Assembly (NCBI GenBank): GCA_963674745.2
Contig: CAXXDV010000003.1
Span: 1,824,001-1,888,000, forward strand
DNA: 64,000 bases
Reading direction: 5' to 3'
From: Desulfosudaceae bacterium
GTDB taxonomy: Bacteria > Desulfobacterota > Desulfobacteria > Desulfobacterales > Desulfosudaceae
The first letter of the stretch is position 1. Every line of letters starts with the position of its first letter. Under the pieces are notes generated by a model. The model saw only the letters and a list, made by a program, of their open reading frames with translations, made no database searches and was not told where the DNA came from. Made by a program: the position numbers and the translations under genes. Of the stretch, positions 41,391 through 51,992 are shown one piece after another.

Positions 41391-41888
41391 ATGAGCAAAG
41401 AACCCGCAGCCGCAGGCAAACAGGAAACCGCGCCGCCCATCGAGCGACCGGTTGAGGTCCCTGCCGGCTGGGAACCCGACATTCTGGCCATTGCCTGCCA
41501 TTACTGCGCCTTTGCCGCAGCCGACCTGGCAGGTGTGATGCGGCTTTCCTACCCGCCCAACGTCAAAGTCATCCGTCTGCCCTGTACCGGCAAGCTGGAC
41601 CACTATTATGTGCTGCGCGCCCTGGAAAGGGGGTTTGACGGCGTTTTCGTGGCCGGGTGACTGGAGGGCCAATGTCATTTCCTGGAAGGAAATACCAACG
41701 CCAAAAAACGAATCGACTATCTGAAAAAACTGATCGTGCAGGTCGGCATCGACCCTGCCCGTATCGAAATGTACAACCTGTCCGCGGCCATGGGACCGCG
41801 ATGGGCCGAGATATGTACCGAATTTACAGACCGCATACGTCAGATGGGGCCTTCTCCTGTCCGTCCCCCTGGCCATAAACCATCATAA
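41391..41888 (+). CDS. mvhD: MvhD (hydrogenase delta subunit), selenoprotein
   Basis: In-frame TGA at 41658-60 in GVFVAG-U-LEGQCHF; the frame continues to TAA 41886-88. Confidence 0.88.
41677..41693 (+). promoter_or_regulatory. Putative bacterial SECIS hairpin
   Basis: ATTTCCT-GGA-AGGAAAT starting 16 nt after the UGA. Confidence 0.65.
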
Positions 41889-41903
41889 ACAAGGAGTCGC
41901 ACC

Positions 41904-42572
41904 ATGATCGTGGGTGAACAAAAACCTTTAGAAGAGATCTGGGAGATGATCAAACCCTACAAAAAGGTGCTGGTCTTCGGCTGCAATACATGTGTGGCCG
42001 TCTGCCACACCGGCGGCAACAAGGAGGCCGAGATGCTGGGTTCCCTCCTGCGCATGCAGGCCACGCAGGACGGCGTTGACATGGAAATAAAAGATTCCGG
42101 CATAGAGCGTCAGTGTGAACATGAGTTTTATGATTCAGCCAGAGAAGACCTGGACTGGGCCGACCTGGTGCTGTCAACCGCCTGCGGTGTAGGCGTACAG
42201 TTTACGGCCGAAAAAATGCCGACCACACCGGTGTTTCCCGCGCTCAACACAACCTTTATGGGAGCGGTCGACGCGCCCGGAATTTTCAGCGAGCGCTGCC
42301 AGGGATGCGGCCAGTGCATCCTGGCGGTCACCGGCGGTATCTGCCCGGTATCCCGTTGTGCCAAGCGGCTGTTTAACGGACCCTGCGGCGGATCAACGAA
42401 CGGCAAATGTGAAATAAGTAAAGACACGGACTGCGCCTGGCAGTTGATCGTTGACCGGCTGACAGCTTTAAACCGGCTGGATGACTATGAAACACTGGCG
42501 CCGATAAAAGACTGGTCCAACGAACGTTCCGGCGGACCCAGAAAACTGGTCAGGGAGGATTTGCAAAAATGA
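41904..42572 (+). CDS. metV: Methylene-THF reductase subunit MetV
   Basis: C.GCGQC...GICPVSRCAK...NGPCGG...CE...CAW motif. Confidence 0.88.
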   Translation: MIVGEQKPLEEIWEMIKPYKKVLVFGCNTCVAVCHTGGNKEAEMLGSLLRMQATQDGVDMEIKDSGIERQCEHEFYDSAREDLDWADLVLSTACGVGVQFTAEKMPTTPVFPALNTTFMGAVDAPGIFSERCQGCGQCILAVTGGICPVSRCAKRLFNGPCGGSTNGKCEISKDTDCAWQLIVDRLTALNRLDDYETLAPIKDWSNERSGGPRKLVREDLQK

Positions 42573-43498
42573 GCGAAAACACACCCAGCAAACTGGAAAA
42601 GATCCTTCGCCAGGGACATTTAGCGGTTACTTCCGAGTGCGGCCCGCCCCGGGGCAGTGATCCGGCGGCCATTACCGAAAAGGCCGAAATGATCAAGGAT
42701 TACGTGGATGCCATCAACATCACCGACAACCAGACTTCCATGACCCGCATGTGCAGCCTGGCGTCCTGCATCCATTTGAAACTGATGGGGCTGGAACCCG
42801 TGCTGCAGATGGTGACCCGGGACCGGAACCGTATTGCCCTGCAGAGTGACATCCTCGGCGCGGCTTCCTTCGGGATTAATAATATGCTGTGCCTTTCCGG
42901 TGATCACCAGAGTTTCGGCGACTGCCCAACCGGACAGAATGTTCACGACATCGACTCCATGCAGTTGCTTCAGACCGTCCGGCTCATGCGGGATGAAGGT
43001 AAATTCCTGGGAGGTGACGAAATTAAACGCCCGCCCCAGATGTTCGTGGGCGCGGCGGCCAACCCTTTTGCCGACCCCTTTAATATAAGGGTTCCCCGTC
43101 TGGCCAAAAAGGTCGCCGCCGGCGCGGAATTCATCCAGACCCAGTGTATTTACAACCTGGACAAGTTTGAAGAGTGGATGAAACTGATCCGGGACCGCGG
43201 CCTGCATGAAAAGGTATTTATCCTGGCCGGTCTGACCCCCATGAAATCGGCCGGCATGGCCAGATACATGAAAAACCGGGTACCCGGCATGGATGTGCCC
43301 GATGAAGTGGTCAAACGCCTGGCTGACACGCCCAAAGAAAAACAGGCTGAAGAAGGCGTCAAGATGTGCATTGAATCGATTCAACGCCTCAAAGAAGTGG
43401 AAGGTGTAAAAGGCTTTCATATCATGGCCATTGAGTGGGAGGAAAAGGTTCCCGAAATCGTAGAGCAGGCGGGTCTCTATCCGCGTCCTGCCGTATAA
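42569..43498 (+). CDS. metF: Methylenetetrahydrofolate reductase
   Basis: ITDN, RDRNR..LQ, GD, QTQ motifs. Confidence 0.92.
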   Translation: MSENTPSKLEKILRQGHLAVTSECGPPRGSDPAAITEKAEMIKDYVDAINITDNQTSMTRMCSLASCIHLKLMGLEPVLQMVTRDRNRIALQSDILGAASFGINNMLCLSGDHQSFGDCPTGQNVHDIDSMQLLQTVRLMRDEGKFLGGDEIKRPPQMFVGAAANPFADPFNIRVPRLAKKVAAGAEFIQTQCIYNLDKFEEWMKLIRDRGLHEKVFILAGLTPMKSAGMARYMKNRVPGMDVPDEVVKRLADTPKEKQAEEGVKMCIESIQRLKEVEGVKGFHIMAIEWEEKVPEIVEQAGLYPRPAV

Positions 43499-43513
43499 TC
43501 CTGAGGAGCGCGC

Positions 43514-44608
43514 ATGAAAACCTTTGAAGACCTGATCAAGGAAGTACAGGAACCGGGACTTTGCCATCATTGCGGGGGGTGCGTCACCTTCTGTACCTCG
43601 ATCAACTATGGTGCCCTGGAGATCGACACCAACGGCATGCCCCGTTTCGCAGACCGGGACAAGTGCATCGAGTGCGGCCTGTGTTATTCCATCTGCCCGG
43701 AAATCAACGAACTGGATGATGAAACCAAAAAAATGGTGGCCTGGGAGCCGCCCATCGGTAAAATCATCGAGCTGACCGCGGCCCGGGCGCTGGACCCGGC
43801 CATTCGTAAAAAAGCCACCGACGGTGGAGCCGTAACCGCCATTCTATTATATCTTTTCGATACCGGACGCATTGATGGCGCTATCGTCACCCATCACACG
43901 GATGAATTCAGTCGTGAACCTCATTTGGCCACCACCCGTGAGGATATTATCGCGTCGGCCGGTTTTTTCATGGACACGTCCCACGGCATGAAGCACTTCG
44001 GTCATGATTACTCTACCTACTCTCCATCTGTTCAGGAATTCCGTCCGGTAATGGAAAAGGGCCTGAGCCGAATTGCCCTGGTCGGAACCCCCTGCCAGAT
44101 CGAAGCCGTCCGTAAAATCGAAGCCCTGGGCATCGTGCCCTCCGATTCCATTAAATTCTGCCTGGGGCTTTTCTGCTCCGGCAACTTTTCTTTTTCTGAA
44201 AAAGAAAAGGTGGAAATGGAAAACATCGGTGAGTTTAAGTGGGACGCCGTTTCCCGCATCAATATTAAAGAGAACTTCATGGTTTACCTGAGTAACGGCG
44301 AAGTCATTTCCATCCCGCTGGATCGGCTGGATTTCATGAAACGATTCGCCTGCCGTTTCTGCATGGACTATTCCGCCGAATACGCCGACATCTCCTTCGG
44401 CGGCGTCGGTGCCAAAGACGGATGGACAACGTTGATCACCCGGACCCCCCTGGGCAGAGCGGTAGTGGCCGATGCCAGGGGGAAAACCATTGAGACCGAC
44501 ATTACCTTGGGTTTAAACCGCTCACAGAAGGAAACCATTGACATCGTTCGTCAGGCATCCAAACAAAAGCTGCAAAAGGCCCGGACCAACCGGCAAAACC
44601 TGTTTTAA
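43514..44608 (+). CDS. FrhB/FdhB-family protein with N-terminal ferredoxin
   Basis: DGGAVT, VGTPCQ, GLFC, C..C.D..AEYADISFG motifs. Confidence 0.88.
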   Translation: MKTFEDLIKEVQEPGLCHHCGGCVTFCTSINYGALEIDTNGMPRFADRDKCIECGLCYSICPEINELDDETKKMVAWEPPIGKIIELTAARALDPAIRKKATDGGAVTAILLYLFDTGRIDGAIVTHHTDEFSREPHLATTREDIIASAGFFMDTSHGMKHFGHDYSTYSPSVQEFRPVMEKGLSRIALVGTPCQIEAVRKIEALGIVPSDSIKFCLGLFCSGNFSFSEKEKVEMENIGEFKWDAVSRINIKENFMVYLSNGEVISIPLDRLDFMKRFACRFCMDYSAEYADISFGGVGAKDGWTTLITRTPLGRAVVADARGKTIETDITLGLNRSQKETIDIVRQASKQKLQKARTNRQNLF

Positions 44609-44836
44609 AGTGGATCTTCTCCAATTTTATGGAGGCAGGGTTCAAGGGGTCGAGGGTTCAAGGACTTGGACTGAACTGAAAATACCGTCCCGGTGACGTT
44701 ATCTTTTCAGTCAACCATGCAGCCGATTGTGTTTCTCTCCACTTGCCCTTACGGCAAAGCCTTTGATCACACCTTGATTTTTAACGCTTTCTGGGCCATA
44801 TTATCGATATAATATGCAAAAAATGGAGATGCAGGC

Positions 44837-47356
44837 ATGAACGGTCAAAAAGACCTGTCCGGGAAAAAAAGAAAACACTTTACAGCTTGGTTTCTGGTAA
44901 TAACCACCCTGTTGTCGATTGGAATATCACGGGCTTCGGCCCAGGAAGCAGAAGAACCGCCGATAAGCTTAAAACAATCCATCGAAGAATCACTGCAACT
45001 GGAAAAAAACCTGCTGATCGATCTGGAAAAGGACTATAACCGGATTCAACAACTGGAACCAACGCTGGCTGTCGAGCTGGAGACCTATAAAGTTCTGCAC
45101 ACAACTTATACCAATATGTTGGCCCGGCAGATGCCGGACATGGAAAGCCTGGAGCAGGCTGCCGCCAATGTCAAAGCGGCTATCATCCGAACCCGGGAAC
45201 GGTTAAACTCGCTTAACAAACATTACGACGCCATTCGGCCCCTTCGTAACGGTTTACAGGAACAACTGGACACCAACACCGCCTATCTCAAAGAAATTAA
45301 AATCACACGCAACAAACAGCCGGAAGCCGCAGCTTCTATTCAAAATCTCAAAACCCTGATCGATATTATCAACAAGAAACGGCAATACCTTGATGAGATG
45401 AATGATTTTTATCAGTCATCGATCACAAAAATGGGAGCCATTCATGAAAACCTGATTTCGCTGTCAAACAGACTGGATGCCGGCATTAACCGGAGTCGAA
45501 CCAGCTCCCGTTTCATCCGGAGGACGACTCTGTTTGCCGCCGGTGGAGGGCTTGCGCTGAAAAAAGAAGCCGACCAGCTTCTGGAACAAGCGGGTCATGT
45601 CATGTCGGCATCTTACCTGAGCAAAGAAATGGGTCTGATGTGGAAGTCGGTGAATTCGTTCATGACCCTACCGGTCCTGATCTTTTTGTTGGGGCTGATT
45701 CTGGCTTTCCGGGTACGAAAATCTTATCTGAAGATATGGGAAAATCCGTCTTTTAAAGACTGCCCGGCCTTCCGTTTGTCCTGGCGGATTTTCAACCGTT
45801 CGATTTTTCTGCTGGTCATTACCGGGGGCCTGTTTGCTTTTACGCAAATAAACAGGCTTTATGTGCCTGTCCATGTCGTCACTGTCCTTTACCTGTTTCA
45901 GCTTTTTCTGTTCACGGAATGGGGGCTGGACATGGTCTCGGGTTTCGACCAACTGGAACGGATCAAAATGATGCCGAAATTTGGGAAACTTCTTCGCGCC
46001 CTTATAATCCTGGTTCGCTGTTATATAACGGCCTACATTGTTATTGCCCAACTTTTACAGTCGAGTAGTGTTCTGTTGATCTGGGCCAGGTTGATATTTG
46101 AAATTCTTCTTATTGCCTGGTGCCTGAAATGCTGGAGAAAAGACCGGCAACAGCCGTCAGTTGAACTTATCCCGAACGGGATAGTAAAAAAACAAGCCGT
46201 TAAAACGATGGCTTATCTGATCAGCTTCGGCGGTCTGGCCTTTGAAATCGCCGGTTACGGTGACATGGCCTTTTTCTGGTATGCGTCATGGGGCCGGACC
46301 CTGATCATCGGTTTGTGGGCGGTGTTGCTGTATAGTGGGTTGCGGGAACTATCCATCATCTATCAGGTCAACCCCGACCAGGACAAAGATGTTGCTGAAG
46401 CCTCGGGAGCGCCGATCACCTGGCTTTTTCTGAAATTAGGGCAGCCGGTGGTGGTCGTTTTTTTCCTGGTGGCCGTGATCCTGGCCTGGGGCGGTAAACG
46501 GGCTTTTTTGATCGGCCTGTTTGAGACGATTCGTCACACCTACCGGATCGGCAGTATAGAATTCAGCATCATGGGGTTTGTTTACGCCCTGATTGTATTG
46601 CTGATCACCCACATCACCGCCCAAACCTGGCGATATGTTTTCCAGCAGAAATTTCTGGCCCGCAGCGGCATGGTGGTAGGCTTGCAGGAATCCCTCACCA
46701 CCATCAGTGTTTATGTTTTGTGGTTGCTGGGCGTACTGATCGCCCTCAATTTTATCGGCCTGAATACCACCACCCTGACGGTTGCTTTCGGTGCCCTGGG
46801 TATCGGACTGGGATTCGGGTTGCAGAACATCTTCAATAACTTTGTCAGCGGCATTATTCTTCTACTGGAACGTCCCATCCAGGTGGGTGATGACCTTCAG
46901 ATCAACGACGTCTGGGCCACGGTTAAAAAAATCAATGTGCGTGCTACCGTTGTGCAGACCTATGACAACGCCGCCTTGATCATCCCCAACGCCGATCTTG
47001 TCAGCAACCAGGTCACCAACTGGAGTTTCAAGGACAAACGCCTGCGCCGGAACATTATGGTGGGCGTGGCTTACGGATCAGACGTCGAGCTGGTGCGCCA
47101 GACCTTATTGGAAGCGGCGGACAGCACGCCTCGCGTACTGAAACAACCCAAACCGGACGTTATTTTTAAAGACTTCGGCGACAGCGCCCTGACTTTCAAC
47201 CTGCGCATCTGGACGCACATCGCCTATTATTACGCGGTTGAAAGCGACGTTCGTTTTACCATTGACCGCCTGTTTCGGGAAAGAAATATCGTCATCGCCT
47301 TTCCTCAGCGGGATATTCATGTGTTTTATGAGAATAAACCGGAACAGGAAATTTAA
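44837..47356 (+). CDS. Large MscS-family mechanosensitive channel
   Basis: GIGLGFGLQNIFNNFVSG, ERPI.VGD, IPN, FPQRD motifs. Confidence 0.9.
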   Translation: MNGQKDLSGKKRKHFTAWFLVITTLLSIGISRASAQEAEEPPISLKQSIEESLQLEKNLLIDLEKDYNRIQQLEPTLAVELETYKVLHTTYTNMLARQMPDMESLEQAAANVKAAIIRTRERLNSLNKHYDAIRPLRNGLQEQLDTNTAYLKEIKITRNKQPEAAASIQNLKTLIDIINKKRQYLDEMNDFYQSSITKMGAIHENLISLSNRLDAGINRSRTSSRFIRRTTLFAAGGGLALKKEADQLLEQAGHVMSASYLSKEMGLMWKSVNSFMTLPVLIFLLGLILAFRVRKSYLKIWENPSFKDCPAFRLSWRIFNRSIFLLVITGGLFAFTQINRLYVPVHVVTVLYLFQLFLFTEWGLDMVSGFDQLERIKMMPKFGKLLRALIILVRCYITAYIVIAQLLQSSSVLLIWARLIFEILLIAWCLKCWRKDRQQPSVELIPNGIVKKQAVKTMAYLISFGGLAFEIAGYGDMAFFWYASWGRTLIIGLWAVLLYSGLRELSIIYQVNPDQDKDVAEASGAPITWLFLKLGQPVVVVFFLVAVILAWGGKRAFLIGLFETIRHTYRIGSIEFSIMGFVYALIVLLITHITAQTWRYVFQQKFLARSGMVVGLQESLTTISVYVLWLLGVLIALNFIGLNTTTLTVAFGALGIGLGFGLQNIFNNFVSGIILLLERPIQVGDDLQINDVWATVKKINVRATVVQTYDNAALIIPNADLVSNQVTNWSFKDKRLRRNIMVGVAYGSDVELVRQTLLEAADSTPRVLKQPKPDVIFKDFGDSALTFNLRIWTHIAYYYAVESDVRFTIDRLFRERNIVIAFPQRDIHVFYENKPEQEI

Positions 47357-47475
47357 TAGGATTCAAGGGGTCGAGGGGTCGAGGGTTTATTGTTGTTATA
47401 AACGAATAATATTAAGGCATCAAATCCTTCAAAAATCGAGACTTTCGTCAAAGCCATAACAATCAGGAGTGAACC

Positions 47476-48537
47476 ATGCGCTTTATTCCACGCACCTCAA
47501 AAAAACCGGGCATGTCACCGGGCACCCTGGTCCATGTCGGTGAAAAGCGGGCCGAAACGATCAACATCACCCGTATCGAATATAACCAGTCTGGAATTTC
47601 GGAACAGAAACTCAACGACATTTCGGAACTGGTGCCCGTTGAAAAAGACAGTGATGTCGTCACCTGGGTCAACATTGACGGTCTTCATGACTTGTCCCTG
47701 ATGGAAACCATCGGCAATCTCTTCGGTATCCATTCCCTGGTAATGGAAGATATCGTCAATACCACCCAGCGTCCCAAAATTGAAGATTTTGAGGATTACC
47801 TGTTTATAACCCTTAAAATGTTTTATCTTGATGATTCCGATCAGATTGAAGCCGAACAGATCAGCATAATTCTCGGCAGGAATTATGTCCTCTCGTTTAC
47901 CGAGAACACCAGGGACTCTCTGAATATGATAAAAGACCGGTTGCGCAAGGGCAAAGGCAAGATCCGCAAAAGCGGGGGAGATTACCTGACTTATGCCCTG
48001 CTCGATGTAGTGGTTGACAATTATTTTATCGCTCTGGATTATTACAACAAAACAATCGATTCACTGGAAGATGAAATTATCGAAACGCCACAACCGGAAA
48101 CCCTTCAATCCATTCATGCCGCCAAAAGAGAACTGATTTTCTTTCACCGCCAGATATGGCCGTTACGTGAAATTATGGGGCAACTGAAAAAAGGCGACCT
48201 CCCCCCGGTTCAGGCAACCACTCAAATCTACCTGGCGGATGTATATGACCACTTAACTCAGGTACTTGAAACAACCGAATCCTTCAGAGACATCTTGAGC
48301 GGATTGCAGGATCTTTATCTTTCCAACATCAGCTATAAAATGAACGAGGTGATGAAGGTGCTGACCATTATCGCCACCATCTTCATTCCCCTGACCTTTA
48401 TCGCCGGCGTCTACGGCATGAACTTCAATTATATGCCTGAACTTAAGTGGCACTGGGCTTATTTCACGGTCTGGGGCGTAATGATCGCCATCGGCGGCGG
48501 CCTGCTCTATTATTTCAGGAAAAAACGATGGCTCTGA
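47476..48537 (+). CDS. corA: Mg/Co transporter CorA
   Basis: YGMNF.YMPEL signature. Confidence 0.95.
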   Translation: MRFIPRTSKKPGMSPGTLVHVGEKRAETINITRIEYNQSGISEQKLNDISELVPVEKDSDVVTWVNIDGLHDLSLMETIGNLFGIHSLVMEDIVNTTQRPKIEDFEDYLFITLKMFYLDDSDQIEAEQISIILGRNYVLSFTENTRDSLNMIKDRLRKGKGKIRKSGGDYLTYALLDVVVDNYFIALDYYNKTIDSLEDEIIETPQPETLQSIHAAKRELIFFHRQIWPLREIMGQLKKGDLPPVQATTQIYLADVYDHLTQVLETTESFRDILSGLQDLYLSNISYKMNEVMKVLTIIATIFIPLTFIAGVYGMNFNYMPELKWHWAYFTVWGVMIAIGGGLLYYFRKKRWL

Positions 48538-48718
48538 ATTTAAAATTCTAAAATTCTTATTTTGAATAATAATTATAGGCTTCATTTTCAAATCAGCAAC
48601 GGGTTCTGGTTTTGGTTTGATCATACGTTTTTTCCGGAATAATGGAATATTGGGATAAGCCGAAAAAGTTCTAAGCACATGTACGTCCGCTATGACAGGA
48701 GTTTATCAACATATGGTT

Positions 48719-49954
48719 TTATTCAAGCGCTGCCTCAGAAAACCAGTAATAATACATCAGAAAAACTAATCCTATTCCAATCAGCATGGAGGGAGAAAAC
48801 AAATAGATCAGTAAACTGAGAAAAGACATATCCACGTATTTGAAAAAATCATATATAAACAAATAATGTACACCAAGTAGTAAAATGGCATAAATCGTAT
48901 ACTTTCCAATTTTTTTCATTTCCATAAGCACTGGAAGCAACGGAAAAAGAAGCGTCCCAAAATCATATCTGAACACAAAAACCAATATGATCAGTAATAA
49001 TGTTGCAAATATTTTTAGATAGTATTCTTTTTCTTTGTATTTATGGGTAACAATTATGATTCTGAGGCATAAAATCAATGACAAAATGGTATATATTACA
49101 CCGATCACGGCGCCATACAGGTTGAGATGGGAGGCGGGAATAATTCTTTTGACATACAATTTTAGTGGAAAATCAGACAATCCTGAATAAATATACGCCG
49201 CTCTATCCGAGGCTTCTAACAAATTAATTTTTCGATTCGCATAATCGATCAAAATAGCATCAATCATATCAAAGTGTGTTTTAATGCCAAAGATCAGTAA
49301 GGAGGAGACCAAGAACAGAAGAGCAAATGCTGTTGAATATAAAAAAAGTTTATATTTTCTGGCGATAAGCGGTGCTACCATAAGCGGTATTAAGAATATC
49401 TTGAAGGTAACAGCAAGGCTTAAAAAAAACGCACATAAAACAAATTTTGAATTTTTATAAAAAAAGACGGACAGCAACAAACAAAACATGACTTCAACAT
49501 ATACATTCAGCAAATATAGCTGAGAGACAAAAAAAGTAACGGTAAAACAAAGAATCGGTAATATTATATCTTTATAAGGCAGCTTTGATCGATACGAGTG
49601 GTGGCATAAAAGCCGAATCGAGATTACATATATAACTATTATTATGATAAGTTTGATAATTTTTGCCGGTAATAGTGGAAGAAAGGCATAAGGAAGGCAA
49701 AGGAAGCTCATAAAAGGGGTGTTAAAAAACCGATTAAAAGAGGAGTTATAAAGGACGCTTGTTTTTATGAAACGCACCATATCCAAATATAAAACTAAAA
49801 AATCAACGCCCAGGCATTGATTTAATCCCCAACCAGCAGCTGTGGCTTCCAGGTACAATCCATAAGCGGTGTAAGCCACGCTGAAAAGAGACAAAGAAAG
49901 AATTCCCATGACTACTAAATTATAACGGCGTAAAAAAAGCTTTTTCATAAACAT
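48719..49954 (-). CDS. GT87-like membrane glycosyltransferase (low GC)
   Basis: DF motif after TM1, N.P.., K..P in a multi-TM protein. Confidence 0.6.
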   Translation of the reverse strand: MFMKKLFLRRYNLVVMGILSLSLFSVAYTAYGLYLEATAAGWGLNQCLGVDFLVLYLDMVRFIKTSVLYNSSFNRFFNTPFMSFLCLPYAFLPLLPAKIIKLIIIIVIYVISIRLLCHHSYRSKLPYKDIILPILCFTVTFFVSQLYLLNVYVEVMFCLLLSVFFYKNSKFVLCAFFLSLAVTFKIFLIPLMVAPLIARKYKLFLYSTAFALLFLVSSLLIFGIKTHFDMIDAILIDYANRKINLLEASDRAAYIYSGLSDFPLKLYVKRIIPASHLNLYGAVIGVIYTILSLILCLRIIIVTHKYKEKEYYLKIFATLLLIILVFVFRYDFGTLLFPLLPVLMEMKKIGKYTIYAILLLGVHYLFIYDFFKYVDMSFLSLLIYLFSPSMLIGIGLVFLMYYYWFSEAALE

Positions 49955-50391
49955 TTTTTCCAGATAAAATAGTAGCCTTTAAATGTAAAACATAGTTGAT
50001 GAGAAAGGGTTATCATCAATGTCCCTGCCGTAAATCTTGATCCATTTTTTTTCCTATAGACGTTTTTTAATTTAAGAGATCAGGGGAATTTGTTTTGCCA
50101 TATTTCGGACATGTTGTTTTTCATTCCTTTCTCTTTCTTGAAATTCTGGTTGTCCACAATAATTCTAGTGACGCCACCCGCGATATCGCCCTAAAGGCGG
50201 GGCGGGGTGCCCGGGTCGTGCCCGAAACCCGCCAGGGCTATGGATGACTATTATTTTAAAACGCAGATTTCAATATCATGTACGATAAAATAAGAATGCC
50301 CTCTGGAATTGATTAGTATGTATGCATACTTGATGCGGAAACGTCTTTTCAAAAGGCCCTGGTCGATATTTATTCTGACTGGGAAACAGAC

Positions 50392-51339
50392 TTAAAATAG
50401 TGTTCCCAGAGCTGCCGCAACCATCGAAATGACAGCCGACAGCATCATCAGACGGCATGCTTTTTCGATATGCAGGGGCCGCACTTTCGCCATTCCCTGA
50501 CCGATATAGGGTTTTTCCACCAGCCGGCCGAAATAGAAGTTCGGCCCCCCCAGGCAAACGGAAAGCCCGCCGGCAAAGGCCGCTTCGGGATAACCGGCAT
50601 TGGGGCTGCTGTGATTGCGCCCCTGCCTGACCGCCGTTGAACAGGCGGGTTTTCCGGTTCGAAACAATATAAAAGCGGCCAGAGAAATGATCAGCACGGA
50701 AATCCGGGCAGGAATAAAATTGGCCACATCATCAATTCTGGCGGCGGCTTTGCCGAAGTCCACGTAGCGCTCATTTTTATAGCCCACCATAGAGTCCAGC
50801 GTGTTCACCATCTTAAACGCCAGGGCCAGTGGCGCTCCGCCGATGACCGCGAAAAAAAGCGGTGAGATTACGCCGTCCACCAGGTTCTCCGCCACGGTTT
50901 CCACTGCGGCCCTTGAAATACCGGACGCGTCAAGGGCATCCACATCCCGGCCGACAATCATGGACAGATTGTTTTTGGCCTCTTCCAGGCGTTTTTTTGC
51001 CAAACAGTTCCGGATACCAAGCGCTTCTTTTTCCAGACACCTGGCGGAAATACAAAAATAAATTATGATAATGTTGACCACTCCGGCCAGTACGGGAGAT
51101 ATGGCCGCGGCCAGCAGCACAATTACCACGGCCACGACCCAGGTGCCCAGGATCAGGCTGACGGCGAACAGGAGTCCGGAAAAAAACAGAGGCGTGGATA
51201 AGTGTCGGAAAAGCGATTCGGTAAGCAACACCACCCTGCCCAGCAACCGGATGGGATGGAGCGAAAAGTTCGGGTCACCCAGAAAATAGTCCAGAGCAAA
51301 GGCTGCCGGAATGATGTACCAGGACAGTTCAAGTGTCAT
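50392..51339 (-). CDS. cbiB: Adenosylcobinamide-phosphate synthase
   Basis: GDP..HP, VGRD, AEN..DG, NTLDSMVGY, SPNAG motifs. Confidence 0.93.
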   Translation of the reverse strand: MTLELSWYIIPAAFALDYFLGDPNFSLHPIRLLGRVVLLTESLFRHLSTPLFFSGLLFAVSLILGTWVVAVVIVLLAAAISPVLAGVVNIIIIYFCISARCLEKEALGIRNCLAKKRLEEAKNNLSMIVGRDVDALDASGISRAAVETVAENLVDGVISPLFFAVIGGAPLALAFKMVNTLDSMVGYKNERYVDFGKAAARIDDVANFIPARISVLIISLAAFILFRTGKPACSTAVRQGRNHSSPNAGYPEAAFAGGLSVCLGGPNFYFGRLVEKPYIGQGMAKVRPLHIEKACRLMMLSAVISMVAAALGTLF

Positions 51340-51992
51340 CAGAACCCCAGATCTTCATTAATCAGCACGACTTTAATCCTGTTTTTGGGAAACGATTTTT
51401 CCGTAATCACCCAGGTGTTACATATCCGGTCCGGACTGGAACAATCCTGGCAGGCAAATGTTGCGGCACAGGGTGTTTTCTTGTCCAGCCGGCGGGTATT
51501 GACCGGTGCGGCATAATTCTTGATACGCTGGACAGCGGCATCCACATCAGCGACGATCTTGTTTCGACCGGCCAACACAATGACATGTTTCGGGCCAAAA
51601 GCCAGAGCCCCCACACGATTGCCGATCATATCCAGATTGACCAGTTTGCCGCTTTCGGTAATGGCGTTGGTGCCGGTAAAAAAAAGATCAGTCAACAAGG
51701 CCTGACGACGACGTTCCAGGCTGTCCTCCCGGGAGATCTCCTTATCATAGGTATCCAGAATTTTGATATCCGTGCGACTTTTGAGTTGATCATACAGGCC
51801 GGTGGATGTGAACGTCATCGACCCGCCCCAGGAGATACTGGCCGGTGACAGTGCCGGAATCAGGGTTTCTGTTACCAGGCCGGCGGCATCTTTGACATTC
51901 TGGACCAGATGGACTTCAAAATTGTTCGACATCAGGGTTTTCCTGACGGCACCAAGCCGGGTCTGCCAGTAATCATCAAAATAATTATCCAT
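51339..51992 (-). CDS. LUD-domain (lactate utilisation) protein
   Basis: GGSMT, NAIT..G.LVN.D..GNRV, GRNK motifs. Confidence 0.85.
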   Translation of the reverse strand: MDNYFDDYWQTRLGAVRKTLMSNNFEVHLVQNVKDAAGLVTETLIPALSPASISWGGSMTFTSTGLYDQLKSRTDIKILDTYDKEISREDSLERRRQALLTDLFFTGTNAITESGKLVNLDMIGNRVGALAFGPKHVIVLAGRNKIVADVDAAVQRIKNYAAPVNTRRLDKKTPCAATFACQDCSSPDRICNTWVITEKSFPKNRIKVVLINEDLGF

